64,000 nt of DNA, from positions 672,001 through 736,000 of the forward strand of contig CAVRBU010000004.1 of the NCBI GenBank assembly GCA_963719315.1, in the 5' to 3' direction. Made by a program: the position numbers and the translations under genes. Under the pieces are notes generated by a model that saw nothing but the letters and a program-made list of their open reading frames with translations, ran no database searches and was not told the origin of the DNA. Positions 32,346-41,423 of this stretch are shown piece after piece. Numbering within the stretch: position 1 is the first letter of the stretch; every line of letters begins with the position of its first letter. This DNA comes from an uncultured Planctomycetota bacterium. GTDB lineage: Bacteria > Planctomycetota > Planctomycetia > Pirellulales > Lacipirellulaceae.

Positions 32346-33721
32346 CTATTCTCCATTGAGAAGCTTCAAGCACACAAGGCGGTTAGCGCCTTCGACGTAC
32401 AACAAGCCGTGGGACAGGGCGGGCGCCGCCCAGGCGGGATAGGGCAACAGCGGCGAGCCGTCGGCGACCGTCATTTCCCATTTGGCGACTTCCTCATACT
32501 TTTGCGGATTCGGTTTTAGCAGCCGCAGCGTGCCTTCTTCGCTCAAGCAGACGATCATGCCATCGACCAACAGCAGCGAGGAGCGGCCCATGCCCGGTTC
32601 GCTCCACATCACCTTCCCCGTCTTCCATTCGACGCAACGCAACTCGGCCTCCGGCGCGTGATAGCCACTGGAGCCATATAGGTAGCCGTCGTGTTCGATG
32701 GGTGTGTTCCAGTGCAACGCCATCGCCTGGTTGCGGCGGCGATCGCGGTCGGTCCAGATTTCTTCGAACGCACTGCCGGTGAAGCGCACGAGTGCGCTGC
32801 CAAGCTCGTAGGTTTCCGAAATGAAAATCTCATCGCCCACCACGACGGGTGTCGATGCGTTGACGCTTTCGAGCCTCCGCGCTCGCCACGGGAAATTCGC
32901 GATCATCTTGCCCTTGGTGGGATCGATGGCCAGCAAGCCGCCGCGGGCGAACATGAAGACGACATCGCGCCCGCCGATCTTGGCCAGCACCGGGCTGGAG
33001 TAGCTGGCCAGGTCGTCACCCGTTTTCCAGCGGACTTGGCCGGTCGCTTTCTCGAACGCCACGACCGCGGAGCCGTTGGATTCGACATTGCCGTTGGCCG
33101 CGTATACATCGGTCGGTCCACCGGGCGGGCTGCCACCGACACACACGAGTAGCAAGTCGCCGTACACCAGCGGCGTGCTGCCGACTCCAAAGAAGTTCTT
33201 CACGACGCCGAAGTCTTTCGTGGTGTCGATTCGCCACTCCATTTGGCCATCCGCCACGCGGACACATTGCAATACGCCTTCGGCCCCGAACGTATATACG
33301 CTCGGCCCATCGACGACCGGCGTTGCCCGCGGGCCATTGTTGTAGCCGAGCATGTCTTCGAACGCGGTCGGATACTCGCACTTCCATTGCTCGACGCCCG
33401 TCGTGGCATCCAGGCAAGTGAGCCGCGCGTTGTTTTCAAAGCGGCCAAAATGGAACAGCCGTCCAGCGCAAATCGCCGCGCGGAATAGCCGGTGCCGGTC
33501 GGGGCTTGCCAAACGATCGGCGGTCCCTGCACGGGCCATTCTGCCGGCAGTCCGCGCTCGTCTGATTTGCCGTTGCGATGGGGACCAAGGAAGCCGGGCC
33601 AGTCCTTACTCGCTGCTTGTGCGCCGTCATTGGCAGCGGCGGAAACAGCCGGTTCGGCGCGCACCGAAGCGCTCACAATAGTCAAAGAAAGGAACAGAAC
33701 GCTTGTTGCCGCAGATCGCAT
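32346..33721 (-). CDS. PQQ-binding-like beta-propeller protein (frameshift near 33480)
   Basis: Signal peptide; DWPGFLGP; GPRATP, SYSSP and NASTP repeats; WAAPALSHG.LY. Confidence 0.8.
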
Positions 33722-33740
33722 GTATTCTCGCCTCTGGAAT

Positions 33741-33922
33741 GTAGTCTGCTCGCTCCGCGAGCAGATATCCTCTCGCGGTGGTGTCCTAATTTGGCACCGT
33801 TCGGACCGGACCTTTGTAGCACGGACTTCAGTCCTTATGAGATTCACGGACTGAAGTCCGTGCTACAAAGTTGTTGTACCGCAAATTAGGGCACCACCCC
33901 TCTCGCGGAGCGAGAGAACTGC
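33741..33922. repeat. GTAG REP doublet interrupted by a MITE
   Basis: GTAG-TCTGCTCGC-TCC-GCGAGCAGA (33741-33765); the partner CTCTCGC-GGA-GCGAGAG is split by the insertion. Confidence 0.65.
33777..33898. mobile_element. 122-bp MITE with IS1-like ends and 8-bp TSD, carrying a REP doublet
   Basis: TIRs GGTGGTGTCCTAATTTG / CAAATTAGGGCACCACC (16/17 match); direct repeat CCTCTCGC at 33769-76 and 33899-906. Confidence 0.75.
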
Positions 33923-33974
33923 ACCTTATCCGGTGTTATAATGGAGGCGAGCCATAGGAGACAAGGAAACTGCG

Positions 33975-34106
33975 ATGTCGTGCCAGAAGGGAAAACCGAT
34001 CCGCAAAGCCAAGCCAGGCGACTTTCGCTGCAAAGATTGCGGGTTTGTGGCCAAACGCAAGAAGAAACTTTGTAATCCGAAGAAAGTGAAAGTATCGGAA
34101 TCGTAA
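33975..34106 (+). CDS. Small Lys-rich, Cys4 putative metal-binding protein (43 aa, not in the ORF track)
   Basis: MSCQKGKPIRKAKPGDFRCKDCGFVAKRKKKLCNPKKVKVSES*; AGGAG/AAGGA upstream; CxxC...LCxP pattern. Confidence 0.65.
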   Translation: MSCQKGKPIRKAKPGDFRCKDCGFVAKRKKKLCNPKKVKVSES

Positions 34107-34191
34107 GTTCGGCCGTGCTTGAGTATTCATTCCCTCTCGGGCCGTCATATCAAAGCGTGCGTCAGACTAGAGTCTGACCTACTTTTGTTTC

Positions 34192-37128
34192 TTAGCGCTT
34201 TGCCGCCGGCGAAAAGTCCTGCGAAAAGTTCTGCGGATTTTCGAGGTACCGCCAGTTCTTGATGAACGAAAGCAGGTCGGCCATGTCTTGCGGAGGAATG
34301 TCTTTCTCGAGGCCCTCCGGCATCAGCGAGACGCCATCGGAGTGAAGGTCTTCGATTTCGTCGCGGCGGAGCGTTTCGCTTTTGCCTTCCTGCTGCTTGA
34401 GCGTCACGGAAGTTGAAGTCTCGGCCGAGAGGATGCCGGTGTGGATGCGGCCGTCGTTCGTGATGGCCGTGTAACTGAAAAAATTCGAGTCGATCGCGCG
34501 GTTCGGCTGCAAGATATCCGTCAGCAGTTGCAGCGGCGTGCGCTCGCGCGAATCCGAAATATCGGGCGCGACCTGCACTCCGATATTATTGATGCGGTGG
34601 CATATCGAACACCGCTTCTCGAAGATCGATTGTCCGCGGGCCGCGTCGGCTTTCAGTTCCAACGCGGGTCGATATTCGACCAGCACTTTTTCGCGATCGG
34701 CCGGCACGGCGGAAGCCAGGAGTTTCTCGGCCCGCTCGCGAATCGAGGCGTCTTTGTGTGCGCGGAGCAGCTTGGCGCGGACCGGGTCGATCACAGTCGG
34801 CTTGATCTGGCCGGCCTTGATCGCATCGAGCAGCAGGCCGGTTCGATCGGTGCTGGCCAGGACGCCATCCAGGATCGCGCGTTGCAGCGCGGGGGTTTCT
34901 TTGGCAAAGTTCGCGACCAATTGTTGCCACGGTTCGAGATCGCGACTCTTGGCCAGGGCCGCGATGGCCCGCGTTCGCACGTCCTGGTCTTGGTCGTGGA
35001 CGGCGATCGGCAACAATACTTTTGGTGCTTCTTTCGTGAATGCCACCAGATCGATTGCCTCGCAACGCTCCGCTTCCGGGCGTTTGGCGTCTGCCGCCGC
35101 CTGGCGGGCGGCATCGATTATTTGATCCAAGCCGCGGCGAGTGTTTTCAGCCAGCTTGCCGCGCACGTCGGCGAGCGACGTCCCGCCGCGCGACGTTTCA
35201 GTCAGGATGCCCGTCAATCCTGCCCGGCCAAATTCGGCACTAGCAACGAGCGCCTCGATTGCGATCGCTCGTTGGCCATCATCCTTCGTCGCTGCGGCCA
35301 GCCGGGCCAGGCGAGTGACAAAATGTTCGGGATCGCCCAAGTTCGACTTCAATGCATACGAATCGCCGAGCATGTTGTTGAGCGCGGTGCCGCCGCGATT
35401 GCCGGCGGCGATCAACATGGCGTCTTCTTCCCAGCGATCGATCGGATACTTCGGCGCTCGCGGCAAAGGCATCGCCACCAGCAACGCTTGGAACCGTACC
35501 CGGGCGTCCTTGCTATCCATCAAACGCGAAATCCGCTCGCGAAGTTTGCCGGAACCGGCGACGTGTGAATCGGCGACGATGATCGCTTGTTCCACGATCC
35601 GCGGATTCGGATCGTCGCACAGTTGCAAGAGCAGTTCGTCGGCGACGAGGCCCAATCCTTCGGCGAGTCGCAACGCTAGAATGCGGGCCTGAGGAGATTT
35701 GTTCGCGAGCGCCGATTGACGCAACTTGTCGCCGATGCTTTTGTCCTGTCGTTCCAACAACAATCGCCCCGCCGTCTCGCGCCACCAGGCATTTGGATTC
35801 GCCAGCGCATCGACGAGTGCATTGCTCGACAAGCCCGATAACTTCGGCGGCGCCGGCCGGTGAAAGTACTTGGGTACGACGCGGTAAATCCGCCCGCGGT
35901 CGTTGCCAGCCCGCAGGTTTGGCCGATGGCGAAGCTCTTCGGGCATCCACTCAGGGTGCTCGATGATCTGCCGATACATATCCACGATGTACAATCCGCC
36001 GTCGGGCCCGACTTCCAAATTCACAGGGCGACACCACTCGTCTCGCGATGCGAAGAATTCGGTCGAGTGCTTCTCAAAACTTTCCGCAAACGTTACTCCG
36101 TTGGATTTGATGTGCTCGCGATGAACCAGGTAACCGGTCGGCTCGCAGACAAAAACATCGCCATAGTTCCTGGCCGGCAACGCGTCGCCGCGGTAAATCT
36201 CCACGCCGCAGGCGGCGGTGAACTGGCCTGCATGCAGGTTCGACGTCGTCCACGCATGGCCGATCGGGTAAACGGGCGTATACTCCGCGCCGAACACCAC
36301 GTGCTCGAGCACCGTATCAACCGTGACTAGAGGATTCTTCTTGAGTTGGCGATCTTCGAGCACCATGTGAATCGCCGGGTCCCGATTCGCGCACACGAAA
36401 CGATTGCCGTAATCGTCGAACGACAGGCCGAACTGAGCTTCGCCTGTCACGGCTTCGAATTTTCGCGTCAGCGGATCGAAGCGAAAATCCATGCCGCTGA
36501 TCGACACGGGTTTGATCTCCGGGTGCCGTGCGTCGGCGATGGTGCCGCCGCGAAGGCCGGCGGCGATGTAGATGTGGTTATCGAGCGCAAGTGTGGGATG
36601 GTTGGCCCGGAGTTGCTGATTGACCTGGGCAAAGCCGGTGTACCAGGTTTCGTTGAGATCCGCTTTGTCGTCTCCATCGGTGTCCTTCATGTAGGCGACC
36701 TTGCCGGCCATCGTCACGAACACGCCCCCCTTCCAGGGCTGCACGCCGGTGGCGAACGAGAGATTGTCGGCGAACACGGTCGTCGTTTCGTAGAAGCCGT
36801 CGCCGTCCTTATCGCGCAGGATCGAAATCCGAGAACGGGCCGGGAATTCTTTGGTCGGACCCAACGGGTAGTCGCGCATCTCGACGACCCACATCCGGCC
36901 ATCTTCGTCGAACCGAATGGCGATCGGGTCGATCACGTTCGGCTCGCAGGCGGCAAGCTCCACCGTGAGACCTGGATCGACGACGATCTGCTTCAGCGAT
37001 TCTTGCGGCGACAACGCAGGTCGCGCGGCGGGAACGTCCGCCGCGCGCGTTCGCACCGATCCGATGGCGATGTAAATGGAAATTGCCGCGACGCGCAAAG
37101 CGAGGCGGCAGGACGGGCCGCACATCAT
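34192..37128 (-). CDS. PVC-type heme-binding CxxCH membrane-bound dehydrogenase
   Basis: CEPNVIDPIAIRFDEDGRMWVVEMRDYP, DTDGDDKAD, WCRPVNLEVGPDGGLYIVDMYR.IIEHP, CSICH, SLMPEGLE. Confidence 0.85.
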   Translation of the reverse strand: MMCGPSCRLALRVAAISIYIAIGSVRTRAADVPAARPALSPQESLKQIVVDPGLTVELAACEPNVIDPIAIRFDEDGRMWVVEMRDYPLGPTKEFPARSRISILRDKDGDGFYETTTVFADNLSFATGVQPWKGGVFVTMAGKVAYMKDTDGDDKADLNETWYTGFAQVNQQLRANHPTLALDNHIYIAAGLRGGTIADARHPEIKPVSISGMDFRFDPLTRKFEAVTGEAQFGLSFDDYGNRFVCANRDPAIHMVLEDRQLKKNPLVTVDTVLEHVVFGAEYTPVYPIGHAWTTSNLHAGQFTAACGVEIYRGDALPARNYGDVFVCEPTGYLVHREHIKSNGVTFAESFEKHSTEFFASRDEWCRPVNLEVGPDGGLYIVDMYRQIIEHPEWMPEELRHRPNLRAGNDRGRIYRVVPKYFHRPAPPKLSGLSSNALVDALANPNAWWRETAGRLLLERQDKSIGDKLRQSALANKSPQARILALRLAEGLGLVADELLLQLCDDPNPRIVEQAIIVADSHVAGSGKLRERISRLMDSKDARVRFQALLVAMPLPRAPKYPIDRWEEDAMLIAAGNRGGTALNNMLGDSYALKSNLGDPEHFVTRLARLAAATKDDGQRAIAIEALVASAEFGRAGLTGILTETSRGGTSLADVRGKLAENTRRGLDQIIDAARQAAADAKRPEAERCEAIDLVAFTKEAPKVLLPIAVHDQDQDVRTRAIAALAKSRDLEPWQQLVANFAKETPALQRAILDGVLASTDRTGLLLDAIKAGQIKPTVIDPVRAKLLRAHKDASIRERAEKLLASAVPADREKVLVEYRPALELKADAARGQSIFEKRCSICHRINNIGVQVAPDISDSRERTPLQLLTDILQPNRAIDSNFFSYTAITNDGRIHTGILSAETSTSVTLKQQEGKSETLRRDEIEDLHSDGVSLMPEGLEKDIPPQDMADLLSFIKNWRYLENPQNFSQDFSPAAKR

Positions 37129-38537
37129 TGAAGTTCCTTCAGCAAGTTGGTTGCCGCTTCGACCAGTTTTTCGCCGGTTCCAGGCACGACGCGCGAATTG
37201 GCGACTTCGTAGCCCCCTTCAGCGAACGCCTGCTTCGTCGGTGTGTACGCCAAGTCGTCGTTCGCAAGCTCGAATACCAGTGTTGTTTTGAACGGCGAGT
37301 GGGCTTTGATCGACAGGCCGAACTCGACGAATATTTCAGACGGCAAAGTGACGATCGCCGTCTCGCGGTTCAAGCGAAACGCTTGAACTTCAAGCTCCGC
37401 GGGATCCTCGCCGTTTTTCTTGAGTCGCTCAACGTCCACGATCTTGTAGGCTTCGACCCCTTCGAGAAACGGCATATCGCGGGTTCCAATCCGCGGCATG
37501 GCTGCTTTGGCGTCCACAATTTGCTCGTCGGTAAATGACTGCAGCGGAGCGGCAATCTTCACGCTTTTTACTGCGAGCGACGGCTCGCTGCCGGTCACCA
37601 CCTGGCCATTTTCAATGGCCTCAGCGACGGTGTCGCCCAGCATTATGCCGAGTGTGTCGGCCTTGCGCTGCTCGGTGGTGTTGATATCGCGATGATTGAT
37701 ATTCCCGCACGTCCCGGTGCCGAATAGGAGCTTGAAATCGGGTCCGAACGATTTTTGCAAGCGGTCGTCGAGCGACTTCACATAATCGGCGGAATAGAGC
37801 GTGCCGCCAGTCGTGTCCAGGTGCATGGCGAACGACACGATCGCACCCGTCGGTTGTTTCGCGCCCGATGTTGGTTTCGACAATAAGACAATACCCACCT
37901 GCGGGTCGATGGGACCTGCCGGACGGAGAATATCCGGGCTTCGCAGCGGCGGATTGAATCGTACGGAACCGTCCTTCATGTAGTAGCGGCGATTGAACGA
38001 GATGCGGTCCTCGTGCGCGGTCCCGGATTTGAGCTCGACGGGAGCAAGGGCGGCCTTGGCCTTCGCGATCGCGTCGGCAATTTTGTCGATCAACTCTTTT
38101 CGGTACAGAGCGCTGTCGTATGGATCGGCGCCGTACTTTTTGACCGCGCGATCGTGCAAGAATTCGTGCAGCGCCATGAAATACAGCGGTCCTGTGTGCG
38201 TGTGCGTGCCGGTGACCGTGATGTGCTCGACGGGAATTCCCGTGGCTTCGCTGGCCTTCTTTCGCGCCGGCGCCGCCACTTCCAACGGCACGCCAACGAC
38301 ATCGCAAAACACGAGGGCGGCCGATTCCGAACCTTGTTGAAAAACAATCGCCCGCGCCTGGAGCGGGTCTTTTGTGCCCGTGCTCAATCGCTCGTAGAAA
38401 TAGCCACTCATGCGGAACGGGACCGGTGGCGTGATATCGACGAACGCGATGCCGGCCTGCAACTTTTCCGCGGCCCGTGCGGAGAATGCCGCAGAAAAGA
38501 CGAAGGCCAACGCTATGAAACAACGATGCAGACTCAT
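37125..38537 (-). CDS. Secreted neutral/alkaline ceramidase-like protein
   Basis: DITPP..MSGY, DPLQARA, THTHTGP, FNRR, GPIDP, FAMHLDT, SADY, GTCGNIN, LPSEIFVE, GGYE. Confidence 0.7.
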   Translation of the reverse strand: MSLHRCFIALAFVFSAAFSARAAEKLQAGIAFVDITPPVPFRMSGYFYERLSTGTKDPLQARAIVFQQGSESAALVFCDVVGVPLEVAAPARKKASEATGIPVEHITVTGTHTHTGPLYFMALHEFLHDRAVKKYGADPYDSALYRKELIDKIADAIAKAKAALAPVELKSGTAHEDRISFNRRYYMKDGSVRFNPPLRSPDILRPAGPIDPQVGIVLLSKPTSGAKQPTGAIVSFAMHLDTTGGTLYSADYVKSLDDRLQKSFGPDFKLLFGTGTCGNINHRDINTTEQRKADTLGIMLGDTVAEAIENGQVVTGSEPSLAVKSVKIAAPLQSFTDEQIVDAKAAMPRIGTRDMPFLEGVEAYKIVDVERLKKNGEDPAELEVQAFRLNRETAIVTLPSEIFVEFGLSIKAHSPFKTTLVFELANDDLAYTPTKQAFAEGGYEVANSRVVPGTGEKLVEAATNLLKELQ

Positions 38538-38561
38538 TTGGTCGATCCCCGTTCTTGTCGC

Positions 38562-39452
38562 CTACTTGGCCGGCGCTGGTTGCGGTCCTCTACCGAGAGG
38601 CCACAATTCCCAGCGGCGGAAAAAAATCTCCGCCAGCTCGGTTTGCAGTTGGAGGCGTCCTTCGTGCGGCGAAACGTCGAACGCCTCGTTCACCTTGACG
38701 CCGTTCACAAATGTCTCGATGTGTCCGCCTTCGCAGATTACGTCCATCCGCGTCCACTCGCCGTGCGGACTGTCCTTGTCCTGAGGGCCGCGAACGTCCT
38801 TTTCGTCTTTCCAATCCGGATCGCGGCCGAACCAATTCACGCGCTTCAGGTTGCCGCGTTTGAACACCTCACGAGGACCGTCGGCCTTCCACACCACCTC
38901 GCCATCGCGATCGTGCCCGACGTTGCATGTGTAAGTGATGGGCACGGGTTTGCCGTCGAGGCCGGTGCCGGGCACGGGCACGAAATCGCCGACGCCGCCT
39001 TCAATGATTTGCACTTCGATCGCCGGCATCCAGGTTCCGTTATAACCGCCGTCCTTTCCGTTGCTGTGGAGCAGCAACCCGGAATCGCGGGCGCTGTTCT
39101 CGCGTTCGTGCCAGGTGCGATCTCCGAATTTGAATTCCAACACGAGGTGATAATCGCGATAGCGCTTGTTCGTTACCAATCCGCCCAGGCCATCGCCGCT
39201 AACGTGGATCATGCCGTCGGCAACGCTGAACACTTTTCGTGGGTCTTCGCGGTGGGTGTCTTTGAGCCAGGTATAGCAGTCGCCGAGCGTCTCGCCGTCG
39301 AACAAGCGGATCACTTCATCCTTGGGGGCGGTGGCCAGGCTAGCGCCCGTTCCATCGGATGGTTCGGCGGCATCGGTAGTTTGGTACGAACTGAGCATCG
39401 CACAGCCACTCGATAATAATACGCAAGCTATGGTGTGCAGGGTTCTATGCAT
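38562..39452 (-). CDS. DUF1080 / 3-keto-disaccharide hydrolase family protein
   Basis: LFDGETL, YRDYHLVLEFKFG, RDSGLLLH, IEVQI, GEWT, VNG, LQLQTE.AEIFFR. Confidence 0.85.
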   Translation of the reverse strand: MHRTLHTIACVLLSSGCAMLSSYQTTDAAEPSDGTGASLATAPKDEVIRLFDGETLGDCYTWLKDTHREDPRKVFSVADGMIHVSGDGLGGLVTNKRYRDYHLVLEFKFGDRTWHERENSARDSGLLLHSNGKDGGYNGTWMPAIEVQIIEGGVGDFVPVPGTGLDGKPVPITYTCNVGHDRDGEVVWKADGPREVFKRGNLKRVNWFGRDPDWKDEKDVRGPQDKDSPHGEWTRMDVICEGGHIETFVNGVKVNEAFDVSPHEGRLQLQTELAEIFFRRWELWPLGRGPQPAPAK

Positions 39453-39563
39453 ACGAGTTTCACTTGTTCGGTGGACCAACTTGGCGGTGACAATTGCGGG
39501 CAGACTGGAAGTTCGAACTGGCAGAGCCAGCGGCGCCAAAGTAATCATTGGCGCATAGGTGGC

Positions 39564-40490
39564 CTAATGCATTTCCGCTGCGACCGTGCCGATGCCGCCG
39601 CGGTAGTAACTGAATTTTACGTGTGGGTGGTCTGCCAGCAACGACATCGGCACACTCGTATCCGGCACGCGCTTGCTGATCATGAGGGCCGAGAGGCGGG
39701 TGCCGAATGGGTTGTCGTGGTGACCTGGATGCCAGATCGAAACCATGTCTGCCTTCCACGTTTCGATCGGCCCAACCGTGGCCGCCCGCGTCGGCACTTG
39801 CGGCACGTAACCGCCGCCGGAGGTGCGGGCGTTTTGAATGACCGTCATCGGGTGCAGATCGGTGATTCGAGTCTTGAGTTGCAAATACTTTCCGGGCGGC
39901 GGCGGCTTGTCCTTCCATTCGCCTTCGCGCTTCGGCGGATCGTTGAACGCCCAATGCTTCACCTCGCCCTGCCCGCCTTGCATTACCGCGCAACGCACGT
40001 CGTCATAACTTCGCGAATACGCTTCCAATTCGACGGGAAAATGAATGTTTTTGGCCGGCATCCGTAGCTCGGATCGAATGCGGTTGAAACACAGTTCCAT
40101 ATCCGCCTTGGCAAAGGACAACGGATGTTCGATCGATACTGCCCGATCGTTCTCAACCCACTCATCCATCCCCCAGAAGTGGGCGTCGCGCAGGTTGAGA
40201 TCGAGCGCGTTCACCATCCGAGCGACGAGCGGCAATTGTTCGGTCGGACCGATGGGCCCGCAAATGCCGACGGGGTTGTCGGGCGTTGCCTTCCTCCACG
40301 CGCGGATGTATTCCAACGCCTCGGCGCAGTAGAACTCTTCCAGCGTATCGTAGACGGCGACTTCGAAGCCGACGCGGGCGAGTTGCAACAGATCGTTGGG
40401 CGTCAACCGCGCCGCGTCGGCGAGCAACTGGGAATCGAGCGTCGTGTAATCCCACCAACCGGGCGCGACTTTGCTGAGCGGTCTAGGCAT
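39564..40490 (-). CDS. Glucosamine-6-phosphate deaminase/isomerase (NagB-like)
   Basis: [43 protein letters not shown]. Confidence 0.7.
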   Translation of the reverse strand: MPRPLSKVAPGWWDYTTLDSQLLADAARLTPNDLLQLARVGFEVAVYDTLEEFYCAEALEYIRAWRKATPDNPVGICGPIGPTEQLPLVARMVNALDLNLRDAHFWGMDEWVENDRAVSIEHPLSFAKADMELCFNRIRSELRMPAKNIHFPVELEAYSRSYDDVRCAVMQGGQGEVKHWAFNDPPKREGEWKDKPPPPGKYLQLKTRITDLHPMTVIQNARTSGGGYVPQVPTRAATVGPIETWKADMVSIWHPGHHDNPFGTRLSALMISKRVPDTSVPMSLLADHPHVKFSYYRGGIGTVAAEMH

Positions 40491-40523
40491 GGCTTACCAG
40501 CTTCTAATGGCACATTTCCAATT

Positions 40524-41282
40524 CTATGATTTCAACAAGTTCGCAAGCAAATCGGTCGTAGGAAATGGGTGGCCGCGGTGTTGGACGAACACCTCGGCGT
40601 ATTCGACGCCGATTAGGCGGCCGCGCTCTGCGCTGTATCGTTTCATGGCCTCGATGTATTCGTCCATACCGTGGTGCGCTCGCAACCAATCTCGCTGCGA
40701 GGCGTGGCAGGCTAGCATTTCTACTTTTCGCTCAAGCTGGGCGGATACGTCGATGATCGTCGTCGGCGTGACCAATTGGCCGGTATACGGATCGGCGCCT
40801 TCCACTGGATCACAATAGTATAGCCAGGGGATGGCCGAACCGTCGATGAGTGGCAACGTTGAAGCGTTCGGGATCGGGTAGCTGAATGCCGCCGCCCGCG
40901 CGAGTAGATGCACCTGTTCGTGGTCGAGCATATAGTCGTGCCGCGGGTGCGTGAACAATACGGTGGGCGCGACGCGGCGGAGCAGGTCGATCGCCTTTTG
41001 GATAGTCGGCCCGTCGAACGCCACGTGTACGTCCGGTTCTTCGAGGCAATAATAGGTGGCGCCGATTTTGGCCGCTGCGGCAATTCCTTCACGGCGGCGG
41101 ATGGCGGCGATCTCCGGGCGGCCCAGAGTCGTGGAGCCGCAGTCACCGTTGGCGACGGTCGCGATGTGGATTTCCCAGCCGGTGTCCGCTAGTCGAATAA
41201 GAGTTCCCGCGCAGAGCATTTCGGCATCATCCGGATGCGCGAGAAGGCTCAACGCGACGCGACGCTGTGGAGGGTGAGTCAT
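40524..41282 (-). CDS. PIG-L family N-deacetylase
   Basis: AHPDDAE, R..E...AA, THPRHDYMLDHE, KVEMLACHASQ. Confidence 0.85.
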   Translation of the reverse strand: MTHPPQRRVALSLLAHPDDAEMLCAGTLIRLADTGWEIHIATVANGDCGSTTLGRPEIAAIRRREGIAAAAKIGATYYCLEEPDVHVAFDGPTIQKAIDLLRRVAPTVLFTHPRHDYMLDHEQVHLLARAAAFSYPIPNASTLPLIDGSAIPWLYYCDPVEGADPYTGQLVTPTTIIDVSAQLERKVEMLACHASQRDWLRAHHGMDEYIEAMKRYSAERGRLIGVEYAEVFVQHRGHPFPTTDLLANLLKS

Positions 41283-41423
41283 TTCAGTGCGATTCGACGC
41301 CGTGGATATGGGGAGCTCGCGCAGAGGAGCAAGGGGCGCGGAGATCGCAACCCACTTCGCAAACATGCACGAAATACCCGCGTCTTCTTCGCCCCTACCA
41401 GAGAATCTTCCGCTCGAGGCGAC

